Source of the DNA: an uncultured archaeon
Lineage (GTDB): Archaea > Micrarchaeota > Micrarchaeia > Anstonellales > Anstonellaceae
Direction of reading: 5' to 3'
NCBI GenBank assembly: GCA_902384555.1
Contig: CABMCD010000002.1
Span: 1,151-65,150 of the forward strand
DNA: 64,000 nucleotides
Below are positions 9,000 through 18,992 of this stretch, in pieces. The notes beneath the pieces are model-generated. The model worked only from the letters and a program-made list of their open reading frames with translations. It did not search any database and was not told the DNA's origin. The position numbers were made by a program, and so were the translations under genes. Position 1 is the stretch's first letter; every line of letters begins with the position of its first letter.

Positions 9000-10310
9000 A
9001 TGAAGTCATTCCGTGAATTTGTTTCTGAATTGAAAGCCGACGGCACGCTGGTGGAGCTGAAGAAGCCGGTTTCCAAGCATTTGGAGCTGGCCGGGGCGCT
9101 GCATGCGCTGGACGGCAAGCCGGTGCTGACGGCCCATGTGAAGGAGAATCCCGGCGCCGTGGTGGCCGGGAACGTGTTTTCCACCAAAGACATCATTGCC
9201 CGCTATCTGGGATGCAAGAAGGGCGAGCTGGTCGCAAAGCTGGCGCACGCCATCGACCACCCGACGCAGCCCAAAGTGGTGGAGAAAAAACATGCGCCGG
9301 TGTTGGAAATAACCGACTCGACCGTGGACCTCGACACCCTGCCCATCCTTTTCCATGCGCCCAAGGACGGCGGCCCGTATTTCTCGTCCGCCGTTGTGGT
9401 TTCCAAAGACAAAGAGCTGGGCCAGAACTGCTCGTTCCACCGCATGATGCAGATTGGGAAGGACCGCATGGTGGCCCGCATTTTGCATCGGCATCTGGAT
9501 GAATTCATCGCAAGGGCGGGCGGCAAGAGCCTCGACGTGGCCATTGTGATTGGCGCGCCCATCAATTTCCTGCTGGCCTCGGCTGTTTCGACCGGCAAGA
9601 TTGGGGTGGATGAAACCACGATTGCGAATTCGCTGGCTCCGCTGGACGTGGTCGAGTTGCCAAACGGGATTCGGGTGCCGGCGCAGGCCGAATATGTGCT
9701 CGAGGCCACCATCACCGACGAGATGCACGACGAGGGGCCGTTCATTGATTTGACCGAGACCTATGATGTGGTGCGCTCGCAGCGGGTGGTGAAAATCAAC
9801 AAAATTCATCACCGCCAAAATCCTATTTACCATGCCCTTCTTCCGGGCGCGCTGGAGCACAAGCTCTTGATGGGCATGCCCAAAGAGCCCACCATCGTGC
9901 TGGAAGTGAACAAGGTGGCCAAATGCACCGGAGTGAATATCACGCCGGGCGGCACGAGCTGGCTGCACGCCGTGGTGCAAATCGACAAGAAGAACGAAGA
10001 CGATGGAAAGAAGGCCATCGAGGCCGCCTTTGCGGGCCACAAGTCGCTCAAGCATGTGGTGATTGTGGATACTGACATCGACATCTATTCGCCGGATTCG
10101 GTCGAGTGGGCCATTGCCACCCGCGTGCAGGCCGACAAGGACGTGGTGATTAAGAGCAAGCAAAAAGGCAGCTCACTCGACCCGTCCGCCGACCCGCACA
10201 CTTACGAGACCGCGAAGATGGGCTTGGATGCGACCAAGCCCATGGTGGCGCACGGCAAGAACTTTTCCAAGGCCGAATGGACCAAAGTGGATGTCGGCAA
10301 GCTGATGTGA
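9000..10310 (+). CDS. ubiD: UbiD-family prFMN-dependent decarboxylase, likely anhydromevalonate phosphate decarboxylase
   Basis: SFHRM, DEGPF, VDTDIDI, WAIATR, GSSLDPS, KMGLDATKP; ATG 9000; substrate inferred from linkage to ubiX, acnX and ipk. Confidence 0.9.
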   Translation: MKSFREFVSELKADGTLVELKKPVSKHLELAGALHALDGKPVLTAHVKENPGAVVAGNVFSTKDIIARYLGCKKGELVAKLAHAIDHPTQPKVVEKKHAPVLEITDSTVDLDTLPILFHAPKDGGPYFSSAVVVSKDKELGQNCSFHRMMQIGKDRMVARILHRHLDEFIARAGGKSLDVAIVIGAPINFLLASAVSTGKIGVDETTIANSLAPLDVVELPNGIRVPAQAEYVLEATITDEMHDEGPFIDLTETYDVVRSQRVVKINKIHHRQNPIYHALLPGALEHKLLMGMPKEPTIVLEVNKVAKCTGVNITPGGTSWLHAVVQIDKKNEDDGKKAIEAAFAGHKSLKHVVIVDTDIDIYSPDSVEWAIATRVQADKDVVIKSKQKGSSLDPSADPHTYETAKMGLDATKPMVAHGKNFSKAEWTKVDVGKLM

Positions 10311-10320
10311 GCCGGCCGCA

Positions 10321-11436
10321 TTACGCGGGCGTCCAGATGCCCGATGAGGCGGGGACCAGAATATTGCCGGTTGGCGAGGGCGGATACCCGTTTCCATTGG
10401 AGAGCGCCGCTTTTTTGTCCACCCCGTTCGGGGCGCAGATTTGGAACAGGGTGAGCAGGAACTGGTTTTCGATTTCCAAGGCTTGGTGATAGTATTTTTC
10501 CGAACCAAAGATGGTGTGGTGGTAGAGGTGGTGGTTGGCAAAGCTCTTGGCCAGCAGAATATAGAGGTCGGCCACGAACAGCACGCCCTTGTCGGGGTGC
10601 TTGGAGCTGTAGACGATGTTGGCCTCAATCACGTTCTCGAACGAATTGTGGCAGGGCGTGCGGCAGAGCATCACCTGATTCTGGCCGAAGTCCCCGACGC
10701 CTCTCCCGTTGACGTGCTGCTCTTTCGAATACGACTGAAGCTCGTCATGGAACTGCCTGAACGCGCCCTTGGGCAGGATGTGGTGCACCGTCACCTCGCC
10801 GGCTTTGAGCTCTTCGGGCGTGCGCTTGCAGAAGATGCACTCCGAATCCGCCCGGTTGACCGGGAGGAAGAGCTGTTGAAGCAGGACGTCGCGGTATTCC
10901 TCGAAGCTGATTTTCACCTCTCGCGAGCCGGTTTCGCCCTCCTGCAGGTGCCGCTTCTGGGTGAATTTGCGCGAGAGGAAGGGACGGATGGACTCCATCC
11001 GGTACAGAAGCTCGCCGAGCGTGCGCTTGAACCACGGGTAGGCCTCCTTTTCCTCGCTCGCCATGGCCCAGCGGTAAACGGCTGGCACAAAGAAGCTGTT
11101 GAGGCCGACGTAAATATTGGTTTGGCCGTAGTTTTTGTCCAGAAGGTTGCAGATGCGCGCAAAATCAGGGTCGGTGAATTCGTAGGTCTTGCCGGACAGG
11201 AGGCCGATGACTTCGCGCAGAGGAATGACGATGCCGTCCTGATTGGAGTGGGACTTGCTCCAGCCGTCGCGGATGCCGCCCAGAATGGCCCGCTGGCTGG
11301 CCGTCTCCACCTGCCGCTTGAGCGTCTCGCTTGGACTGAGATGCTTGAAAATGAAGAGAGGGGGCTTCTCGATGGAAGAAGTGGCGGAAATGACCCGGTG
11401 CTGATTGCCGGAACGGGGATTTTGTTTTTCGCCCAT
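10321..11436 (-). CDS. HNH endonuclease-like protein with unknown N-terminal region
   Basis: CIFC...TVHHILPKG...NQVMLCRTPCHN, a Zn-binding HNH pattern at ~10637-10840. Confidence 0.65.
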   Translation of the reverse strand: MGEKQNPRSGNQHRVISATSSIEKPPLFIFKHLSPSETLKRQVETASQRAILGGIRDGWSKSHSNQDGIVIPLREVIGLLSGKTYEFTDPDFARICNLLDKNYGQTNIYVGLNSFFVPAVYRWAMASEEKEAYPWFKRTLGELLYRMESIRPFLSRKFTQKRHLQEGETGSREVKISFEEYRDVLLQQLFLPVNRADSECIFCKRTPEELKAGEVTVHHILPKGAFRQFHDELQSYSKEQHVNGRGVGDFGQNQVMLCRTPCHNSFENVIEANIVYSSKHPDKGVLFVADLYILLAKSFANHHLYHHTIFGSEKYYHQALEIENQFLLTLFQICAPNGVDKKAALSNGNGYPPSPTGNILVPASSGIWTPA

Positions 11437-11548
11437 GCAAATAACATCGCATCGTAGTTTTTTTAACCGATTACCACAATCAAAATCTGGGCGCGAACCA
11501 CAAACATTAAATCAACTCGGCGCGTGAGCAGGGCAGGTGGGTTTTGCT

Positions 11549-12733
11549 ATGAAATTGACGGGCGAGCAGCAGAAAATGCTGGACGGCGAGCGCGGCGAGG
11601 CCGTGCAGCAGAGCATGGAAATTCTGGTGGCCTTGGGCAAGATTTACGGCGCGGCAGGAATGGTGCCGGTTTCGTCCGCCCAGATTGCCGGCGTGTCCTA
11701 CAAGACCATTGGAGAGGCCGGCTTGGAATATTTGTCCGACTTGGTCAAGAAAGGAGCCAAAGTGAAAATCCCCACCTTCCTCAACCCCGCCGGCATGGAT
11801 AGGGAGCAATGGGAGAAAATGAGGGTGCCGGCCGATTTCGCCAAAAAGCAAATTTTGGTGCTGGACGCCTTCGCCGCCATGGGCATCAACCCCACCTGCA
11901 CCTGCACGCCCTACTTCATCGGCATCCGGCCCAAAGTGGGCGAGCATGTGGCGTGGGCCGAGAGCTCGGCCGTATCGTTCTGCAATTCGGTGCTGGGCGC
12001 GCGCACCAACCGCGAAGGCGGGCCGTCGGCTTTGGCGGCCGCCATCTGCGGATTCACGCCCGATTATGGCTATCATCTGGATGCGAAAAGAGAGTGCCGG
12101 CTGCTGGTCGATGTTCGCGTCCCCCTCAAAACCAACGCCGATTTCGGGGCGCTGGGCGCCTTTGTCGGGCCGCTGGCCAAAAACAAGAATCCGGCGTTCG
12201 AGGGCTTGAGCAAAGAGACGGCCAATGAGGACAAGCTCAAGGCGCTGGGGGCGGCCATGGCCGCTTCGGGCTCGGTGGCGTTGTACAATGCAAAGGGAAT
12301 AACGCCGGAATGGAACGTGAGTGGAGAGGCGGAGCGAGTTTCCTTCGGTCCTGAAGAGCTGGCCGCTTCGCGCAAATCGCTGACTTCGGCCGACTCTCCC
12401 CCGCAGCTGATTGCGATTGGCTGCCCGCACGCCAGCTTGGCTGAAATCGAAGAAGTGGCGCACCGGGTGAAGGGCAAGAAGGTGGCGCACCAGCTGTGGG
12501 TTTGCACCGCCAAAGAGACCAAGCAAAAGGCCGACAAGGCCGGCTACACGGCCATCATTGAAGCGGCGGGCGGCCTCGTGGTGGCCGACACCTGCATGGT
12601 GGTCTGCCCGCTCAAGGAGATGGGCTTCAGCTGCACCTCCACCAATTCGGGCAAGGCAGGCAAATATTTGGCCTCCATGCAGCAGCAGAAAGTGGTGTAT
12701 GGAGACGTGGACGACATAATTGTTGTGAAGTGA
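11549..12733 (+). CDS. Aconitase X catalytic subunit / phosphomevalonate dehydratase large subunit
   Basis: SAQIAGVSY, TCTCTPY, WAESSAVSFCNSVLGARTNREGGPSAL, IGCPH, DTCMVVCP. Confidence 0.92.
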   Translation: MKLTGEQQKMLDGERGEAVQQSMEILVALGKIYGAAGMVPVSSAQIAGVSYKTIGEAGLEYLSDLVKKGAKVKIPTFLNPAGMDREQWEKMRVPADFAKKQILVLDAFAAMGINPTCTCTPYFIGIRPKVGEHVAWAESSAVSFCNSVLGARTNREGGPSALAAAICGFTPDYGYHLDAKRECRLLVDVRVPLKTNADFGALGAFVGPLAKNKNPAFEGLSKETANEDKLKALGAAMAASGSVALYNAKGITPEWNVSGEAERVSFGPEELAASRKSLTSADSPPQLIAIGCPHASLAEIEEVAHRVKGKKVAHQLWVCTAKETKQKADKAGYTAIIEAAGGLVVADTCMVVCPLKEMGFSCTSTNSGKAGKYLASMQQQKVVYGDVDDIIVVK

Positions 12734-12745
12734 GGAGGACGGCAG

Positions 12746-13159
12746 GTGAAAGGTATGGTTACTACTCTACATGGTCGTTCCATTTCGCGCGGGATTGGCG
12801 AGGGCGAAGTTCTCATTTGCAAGGATGCGATTTCGTTTTTGGGCGACATCGACCCCAAGAGCGGCACCTGCGTGGCGCCCAAGCACGCGATTGAGGGCAA
12901 AAACATTGCCGGCAAGGTGCTGGTGTTTCCCCAAGGCAAAGGTTCCACCGTGGGTTCCTATGTGCTGCTTCAGCTGGCGAAGAACGGGAAGGCCCCGGCC
13001 GCCATGGTGAATTTGGAGGCCGAACCCATCATCGTGGTGGGAGCCATCATTTCCAAAATCCCGATGGTGGACAAGTTGGAGAAAAACCCGCTGGAATTGC
13101 TAAAAGACGGGATGCGCGTGAAAGTGGATGGGGAAAAGGGGACGCTGGCGCTAGGATAG
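12746..13159 (+). CDS. Aconitase X swivel subunit / phosphomevalonate dehydratase small subunit (DUF126)
   Basis: ISFLGDIDPKSG, GKVLVFPQGKGSTVGSYVL; GAGGAGG RBS at 12732-12738. Confidence 0.92.
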   Translation: MKGMVTTLHGRSISRGIGEGEVLICKDAISFLGDIDPKSGTCVAPKHAIEGKNIAGKVLVFPQGKGSTVGSYVLLQLAKNGKAPAAMVNLEAEPIIVVGAIISKIPMVDKLEKNPLELLKDGMRVKVDGEKGTLALG

Positions 13160-14194
13160 AAGGCGCTTGAGGAGCTGCTTTGTTTTTTTCGGGGTTTCGA
13201 CCGCTTTCGAGCCTTCGCCCACGCCGGCCATGATGACGCGCTGAACGCCGGGAATCTTCTTGAGCATGCGCGCAATCTTGCCGGCCTCTTTTCGAGTGGT
13301 GATGATGTGGGCATTGGGGCCCGCGTCAAAGGTGTAGGCGGCCTTGGTTTGGCCGCTCTTTTCGTTGTATTCGTGCACCGCATACACGATAGCCCTTGAA
13401 ATGTCGTTCATGTACATGACGGGAGGCCACGTGTCGAGCATGGTGGCGTGCATGGCATTGGAGTCGCGCATGGTGAGGGTGGCCATGGTGGAAAAGTCGC
13501 GCGAGCGGATGGCGCGCGTCACCGCATCGGCCCGTTTCCCAACGATGCCCAATCGGCAGTGGCACAAGTCGGAGGTGCGCATGGTGCGCTCCATGCCGTC
13601 TTTGGAGCTGACTTTCTTTCGCTCGGGATTGGTGATGGCAATCACGTCCACCACCTCGGGCCATTTGGAGCGGGGCGCGATTTGCACGGCATGGCTGTCG
13701 TTGCCGTCTTTGTTCCTGCCCGCCTTCCAGCGCGCGAAGCCTCCGAAAACCGAGCGCGAGGCCGAGCCGGAACCGAGGCGGGCGAGAATGGAAATCTCCT
13801 TCTTGTCCTTGATTCCAAAGGCAGCCGCGACCGCCTGCGCCAGAGCCGCGAAGCCGGAGGCCGAGGAGGCAATGCCGGCGGCCGTGGGGAAGTTGTTGGA
13901 TGAGAGGAGGAGGACGGGTTTTTTGATGAGAGGATATTTCTTGCCCAGCCGGCGGCGGATGAGCAGGAGGGCTTCCGCGATGTGGGAGTCCGGCCCCTCT
14001 TTTCCATTGAGAATGAAGCGGTCTTTGCCCAATTTGGCGCCCAGCACCAGCGTAGTGGTGCTGGCCAGCGTCTTCTCGTCCAGCGTAATCGACACGCTGT
14101 CGTTGAGCGGCAGTTTGAGCAAATCGTCGCGCTTGCCCCAGTACTTGATGAGGGCGATGTTGGGCGGCGCGACAGAGGATACGATGGTTTCCAT
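13151..14194 (-). CDS. mvaD: GHMP-family (di)phosphomevalonate decarboxylase
   Basis: NIALIKYWGKRD, NNFPTAAGIASSASG, RLGSGSASRS, TFDAGPN; converges on and overlaps the 3' end of the small dehydratase subunit. Confidence 0.92.
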   Translation of the reverse strand: METIVSSVAPPNIALIKYWGKRDDLLKLPLNDSVSITLDEKTLASTTTLVLGAKLGKDRFILNGKEGPDSHIAEALLLIRRRLGKKYPLIKKPVLLLSSNNFPTAAGIASSASGFAALAQAVAAAFGIKDKKEISILARLGSGSASRSVFGGFARWKAGRNKDGNDSHAVQIAPRSKWPEVVDVIAITNPERKKVSSKDGMERTMRTSDLCHCRLGIVGKRADAVTRAIRSRDFSTMATLTMRDSNAMHATMLDTWPPVMYMNDISRAIVYAVHEYNEKSGQTKAAYTFDAGPNAHIITTRKEAGKIARMLKKIPGVQRVIMAGVGEGSKAVETPKKTKQLLKRLLS

Positions 14195-14231
14195 GGGAAG
14201 ATGACCTGCTTATGATTTATAATTCATTTTA

Positions 14232-14507
14232 TCAGCCGAATTGGTATTTTTTGCGGATGGCCTTGGAGATGGTCCAGACGCATTGCAGGCCGGCGGGGAA
14301 CACCACCCAGTCGCCGGGGCCGAAAGAGACGGATTGGGAGCCGTCTTTGGATTTGACGCTGGCCGAGCCTTCCAAAATCAGGCAGGTTTCTTGCTCGTCA
14401 TAGCTCCACTCGAAGGCGGAGGGCTCCTTGGACCATTCGCCCCACAGGGCGGCCTCTTTGCGCTCGGCCGCCGTGGGCTTGCGCACGATGATTTTGGGAG
14501 ATGCCAT
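14232..14507 (-). CDS. Cupin domain protein (DUF861/EutQ-like)
   Basis: WSKEPSAFEWSYDEQETCLILEG, FGPGDWVVFPAGLQCVW; start moved to ATG 14507. Confidence 0.85.
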   Translation of the reverse strand: MASPKIIVRKPTAAERKEAALWGEWSKEPSAFEWSYDEQETCLILEGSASVKSKDGSQSVSFGPGDWVVFPAGLQCVWTISKAIRKKYQFG

Positions 14508-14539
14508 GCGAATACCCCGCATAGCCCCAAGGCACGAGT

Positions 14540-14548
14540 CTATAAAAA
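14540..14548 (+). promoter_or_regulatory. TATA box between the divergent cupin and rbgA genes
   Basis: CTATAAAAA about 25-30 nt upstream of ATG 14571, consistent with a leaderless transcript. Confidence 0.55.
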
Positions 14549-14570
14549 GGCGGCCAATCCCTCTCTGCAC

Positions 14571-15398
14571 ATGGGCATTCCCAATTTCAAGCTCCGCTCA
14601 TGGGCCACGGCGCAGCGCCTCGTGCGCTCCTGCCAGATGGTGCTCTTGGTGGTGGACGGCCGGCACATGTCGGCCGGGCGGATTCCGCGCCTCGAGCGCG
14701 AAGCCGGAACCAAGCTGGTGCTGGCGTCCGCCAAGTCGGATTTGCTGCCCGGAAAACCGTCCGGACTGCAGGTGCAGAAAAACGGGCTGACGGTTTTCTA
14801 CGTGTCCTCCAAGACCAAAGACGGAGTGGAGGATTTGCGCAAATGGATTGCCACCAAAGCGTATGAGCGCTTCGCGCGCCGGGGCAAGCCCTACATGCGC
14901 GGCGGCGAGTGGTGCAACACCTTCGACATCCTGATTCTGGGCATCCCCAACGTGGGCAAAAGCTCGCTCATCAATTCCATGACCGGCCGGCGGGCGGCCG
15001 CCACCGGATTCCGCGCCGGCGTGACGCGCGGCGTGCAGTGGATTAATTTGGCGGAGGGCATACGCTTCGTGGACGCGCCCGGCGTGGTGGATTTCGCCAT
15101 GCAGGACGAGGGCCTCGCGCTGGCCGGCTCGCTGGACGTGGAAAAGCTGCGCGACCCGCTCTCGACGGCTGAGAAGCTGATTGAGAAGTTCGATTTGGCG
15201 CGCGACGCCGGCCTGGTGGAATATTTCGGCGTGGAGCCGGCCGAGGACGCGGAAGACCTGCTCACAGCCATCGCCCTGCGGCGCGGCAAGCTGCTCAAAG
15301 GCGGGGAGCCGAATCTGGAGGAGGCGGCCAAAATCGTGCTGCGCGAATACCAGAAGGGCAAATACGGGATGAAGGGAAAATCTTTTCCGTCCGATTAA
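14571..15398 (+). CDS. rbgA: Circularly permuted ribosome-biogenesis GTPase (RbgA/YlqF family)
   Basis: KSDL (G4) precedes GIPNVGKSS (G1), GVTRGVQW (G2), DAPG (G3). Confidence 0.9.
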   Translation: MGIPNFKLRSWATAQRLVRSCQMVLLVVDGRHMSAGRIPRLEREAGTKLVLASAKSDLLPGKPSGLQVQKNGLTVFYVSSKTKDGVEDLRKWIATKAYERFARRGKPYMRGGEWCNTFDILILGIPNVGKSSLINSMTGRRAAATGFRAGVTRGVQWINLAEGIRFVDAPGVVDFAMQDEGLALAGSLDVEKLRDPLSTAEKLIEKFDLARDAGLVEYFGVEPAEDAEDLLTAIALRRGKLLKGGEPNLEEAAKIVLREYQKGKYGMKGKSFPSD

Positions 15399-15434
15399 TT
15401 AATCTTGTTCGCCCATCCGGCCCTTGTGGGAGCC

Positions 15435-17057
15435 ATGGACGAATTCACGCCCGAGCAGAAGGCTATTTTGTCGAGGTTTTGCACCAATACCGACAAGCCG
15501 ACTTTTGGATTGGTTAATCTGCCGCAGGTGGTTTGCGGCGCGCTGTTTTCAAGATATTCGAGAAGCACCAAGAGCGCGAGGCGGGTGCTGCTGGAAGAGT
15601 TCATCCAGAATCCGGAGATGCAGTTCGACCAAATCGTGGGTTCCTCATCCGCTTCCGCCGCCAATCAGCTGGTCGCCACCCAGAAGGCCGAGCAGTTCTA
15701 TGACCGGGTGCTGGTGGGCTATGGCGACGATTCGGTCGCCGAATTGGGCGGGGCGCATCTGGCCTGCGAGGAAGTCTCGAATTTGGCCACCAAGTTCATA
15801 CAGGACGCGCGCATCGGGCTCTCGCCTTTGGAGAAAAGCACGCGCTATGTCTATTTCCACCAAAAAGACAAGGACGGCAGATACAGATATTACCGCGGCA
15901 AGGAATTGGCCGATTCTCTCGAATACATCCGCATCTGCGACATGCTCTTCGACACCTATGTGAAACTGCAGGAGCCGCTCATCGCCTTCATCAAAAAGAA
16001 ATACCCCAAGCCGGCCGACATCACCGACCGCGGCTACGAATCGACCGTGCGGGCCAAGGTGTGCGATTTGCTGCGCGGCCTGCTTCCGGCCTCGACGCTG
16101 ACCAACACCGGCCTGTACGGGAACGGCCGGGCGTTCGAATATCTGCTCACGCGGATGTATGCCTCGGACTTGCCGGAAGTGCAGGTGCTGGCGGGCGGGA
16201 TGCAGGAGGAGCTGGCCAAGGCCATTCCCTCGTTTGTGAAAAGAGCGAATGACAAGCACGGGCAGGCCACGCAGGCCTATTGGATGGAGTGCAGGAAAGA
16301 AAGTGCGGTGCAGGCGGGGAAATTCGCCCCTGCTCCCGCTTCTTCCGTTCCCGAAGTCGAATTGATTGAATACGACTCCCATGCAGAACAGAAGATTTGC
16401 GCGGCCATTTTGTTTTCATACGGCGGGCTGGATTATGCCGCCGCCAAAAAGAAGGCCGACGCGATGTCCGAGGCCGACCGCCTCGCCCTGCTCTCCGCCT
16501 ATGCCGGCCCGCGCGGCAACCGCCGCCACAAGCCCGGAAGAGCATTCGAACACGCGCATTACACCTTCGCCATTTGCGGCAATTTCGGCCAGTTCCGCGA
16601 CCTGCACCGCCACCGCATGCTGACGCAGGAAAGACAGATGCTGTCCTGCGACTGGGGCTACGACGTGCCCGAAGAGTTGAAGGAGGCCGGGCTGGCGGGC
16701 GAGTTTGAGGAGGCCATGAAGGAGGCCAAGGCCGCCTTCGACCATCTCCGCTCCGCCAAGGGCCCGGAGCTGGCCCAGTATGCCGTGCCGATGGCGTATC
16801 GCCTGCGCTGGTATTTCCACCTCACCCTGCGCGAGTGCTTCCACCTCATCGAATTGAGAAGCATGCCGCAGGGGCACGAGGACTACCGCAGAGTGGCGGT
16901 GAAGATGGCGGACGAGCTGGCGCGCGTGCATCCGAGGCTGGCCAGCTTCATGAAATTCGTCAATCGGGAGAACATCGGCCTCGAGCGCCTTGAAGCGGAA
17001 AAGAAGATTGACCAAAAACTGGCCAAGTTCGAGCACCCGCGCGCGCCGCCCGCTTGA
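15435..17057 (+). CDS. thyX: FAD-dependent thymidylate synthase, long two-domain type
   Basis: ALFSRYSRS, LEKSTRY in the N-terminal half; DLHRHRM in the C-terminal half. Confidence 0.85.
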   Translation: MDEFTPEQKAILSRFCTNTDKPTFGLVNLPQVVCGALFSRYSRSTKSARRVLLEEFIQNPEMQFDQIVGSSSASAANQLVATQKAEQFYDRVLVGYGDDSVAELGGAHLACEEVSNLATKFIQDARIGLSPLEKSTRYVYFHQKDKDGRYRYYRGKELADSLEYIRICDMLFDTYVKLQEPLIAFIKKKYPKPADITDRGYESTVRAKVCDLLRGLLPASTLTNTGLYGNGRAFEYLLTRMYASDLPEVQVLAGGMQEELAKAIPSFVKRANDKHGQATQAYWMECRKESAVQAGKFAPAPASSVPEVELIEYDSHAEQKICAAILFSYGGLDYAAAKKKADAMSEADRLALLSAYAGPRGNRRHKPGRAFEHAHYTFAICGNFGQFRDLHRHRMLTQERQMLSCDWGYDVPEELKEAGLAGEFEEAMKEAKAAFDHLRSAKGPELAQYAVPMAYRLRWYFHLTLRECFHLIELRSMPQGHEDYRRVAVKMADELARVHPRLASFMKFVNRENIGLERLEAEKKIDQKLAKFEHPRAPPA

Positions 17058-17171
17058 AGCAGGAAAGCGGCATCATTAAAAATGCGCTCTTCTTTTTCCA
17101 TGCCATCGGTGTGGGAGGAAGCGCAAGCCATCGGGCTTTGCGCTTTTTAGAATTCATGGAGGTTTGGTTGA

Positions 17172-18038
17172 ATGGCAATGAAAACGGATGATTCCAACCC
17201 GCTCCAGATGCTGGCCATCGCCATCGTGCTGGCCAGCCTGGTGCTCTCGGCTTCGGTTTATTTCTCGGCCGATTTGCTGTCGCGCACGATTGAGCAGAAA
17301 CCCTTCACGGTCAGCCTCCCCCCCATGAACATCCAGCCGGTGCTTAACATCACCACGCTGGGCGGTGCGGCCCCGAGCTATCCGAGCGCGGCCCCCGTGC
17401 AGGCGCCCAGCGCGGCCCCGGGATGCGGCGTGCAGGCCCCGTCGGCCCCCTCCGGCTGCGGAGCGGTTGCGCCGGGCGGCTCCGGCACGGGCGGCACGGT
17501 GAAAGCGGCCGTCAACGTCAGCGGCCTGCCCCCCAAGGGGTCGGCCAAGGCCCGCGTCACGGTGGTGATTTTCTCCGACTACCTCTGCCCCTTCTGCAAG
17601 CGGGCCGAGTCCACCAATGCCCAGCTGCTCTCGCAGTATGACGGCAAAATCAACCTCGTGCACATGAACCTCGTCATCCATGGGCAGCCGGCCCATGTCA
17701 TGGCCGAGGCGGCCGAGTGCGCGGGCGCACAGGGCAAGTTCTGGGAGATGCATGACGCCATCTTCGCCGACCAGAAATCGGACGCGGCCAGCCTCAAGGC
17801 CAAGGCCGCGGCCATTGCCGGCATCGACACGGCCAAGTTCAACACCTGTCTCGACTCCGGCGCCATGGCGTCGAGAGTGGATGCCCAGAATGCGGCGGCC
17901 GGCGCGATTGGCGCAGGCGGAACCCCGACCTTCGTCATCGGCGTGCGCAACGGCGACATGGTGAACGGCCAGATGGTGGTGGGCGCGCAGGACATCGGCG
18001 TGTTCCAGCAGGCCGTGAACACCGCGCTCAACAGCTAG
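17172..18038 (+). CDS. Membrane-anchored DsbA-family thiol-disulfide oxidoreductase 1
   Basis: N-terminal TM, FSDYLCPFC, GTPTF; extra Cys pair in the Pro/Ala linker. Confidence 0.88.
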   Translation: MAMKTDDSNPLQMLAIAIVLASLVLSASVYFSADLLSRTIEQKPFTVSLPPMNIQPVLNITTLGGAAPSYPSAAPVQAPSAAPGCGVQAPSAPSGCGAVAPGGSGTGGTVKAAVNVSGLPPKGSAKARVTVVIFSDYLCPFCKRAESTNAQLLSQYDGKINLVHMNLVIHGQPAHVMAEAAECAGAQGKFWEMHDAIFADQKSDAASLKAKAAAIAGIDTAKFNTCLDSGAMASRVDAQNAAAGAIGAGGTPTFVIGVRNGDMVNGQMVVGAQDIGVFQQAVNTALNS

Positions 18039-18221
18039 AACGAAAAGGAGAAGCGGGCGGGCGGCGGTCGAAAGACCTCCGCGGCAGGAGCGCGCCCCCT
18101 CTTTTTTCCTTCATTTATTTACTTTTTCCCAAATCCGGCCCGGACGAAATTCAGAGCGTTTTTATATCCCGGGCCCGATATGGGTGGCGGTATTTTTCAT
18201 TCATAAATGGGAGGTCGTGAT

Positions 18222-18980
18222 ATGACAGGCAGTTCTGCATCCCCGGAAGAGAGCACGCTGTACATGCTGGCCAGCCTCGTGCTGCTGGGGTTCCTTGTGG
18301 GCTCGGCTATGGTCTGGTTCAGCTTCGACAACATGAAGAGCACGGCCGTGCTCGCGCTGCAGCGCGCGCCGGCCGGCGGAAACGGCGGCGCGGCCGGCGG
18401 AGCGGGAACGGGCGATTCGGGCGCGGGCGTGAGCGGAAACACCCTGACTTTCACACTGGGCGGGCAGAGCTTCAGCCGCGAAATCGAGGGCGACCCGAAC
18501 GCGACCGTCACCATCGCCGAATTCTCGGACTACGAGTGCCCGTATTGCATGCAGGCGCTGCCCACCATCCAGCAGCTGATGGAGGAATACCGGGGCAAGG
18601 TGAGGCTGGTGCACATGAACTTCGTGGTGCACCCCGACGCCCATCTGGCGGCCCTCGCGGGCGAATGCGCCGGCGAGCAGGGCAAGTACTGGGAAATGCA
18701 TGACGCCATCTTCTCGCAGAAGAAGTACGACAACGCGGGGTTGGCGCAGACGGCCCAGAGCATCGGGCTGGACGGGGCGAAATTCTCGGCCTGCCTCTCC
18801 AGCGGCAAGTACGAGCCGGCGCTGACGGCCCAGCAGGCGGCCGGCAGCAGCGCGGGCGTGGAGGGCACGCCCACGTTCATCATCGGCAAGATTCAGAACG
18901 GCCAGCTGGTCGGCACGCCCGTGGTGGGCGCCGTGCCGCTGAGCCAATTCGAGAGCGCGGTCAAGGCCGCCATGAATTAA
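18222..18980 (+). CDS. Membrane-anchored DsbA-family oxidoreductase 2
   Basis: TM, EFSDYECPYC, GTPTF; GGAGGT RBS favours ATG 18222. Confidence 0.88.
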   Translation: MTGSSASPEESTLYMLASLVLLGFLVGSAMVWFSFDNMKSTAVLALQRAPAGGNGGAAGGAGTGDSGAGVSGNTLTFTLGGQSFSREIEGDPNATVTIAEFSDYECPYCMQALPTIQQLMEEYRGKVRLVHMNFVVHPDAHLAALAGECAGEQGKYWEMHDAIFSQKKYDNAGLAQTAQSIGLDGAKFSACLSSGKYEPALTAQQAAGSSAGVEGTPTFIIGKIQNGQLVGTPVVGAVPLSQFESAVKAAMN

Positions 18981-18992
18981 GGAGGGAATGAC

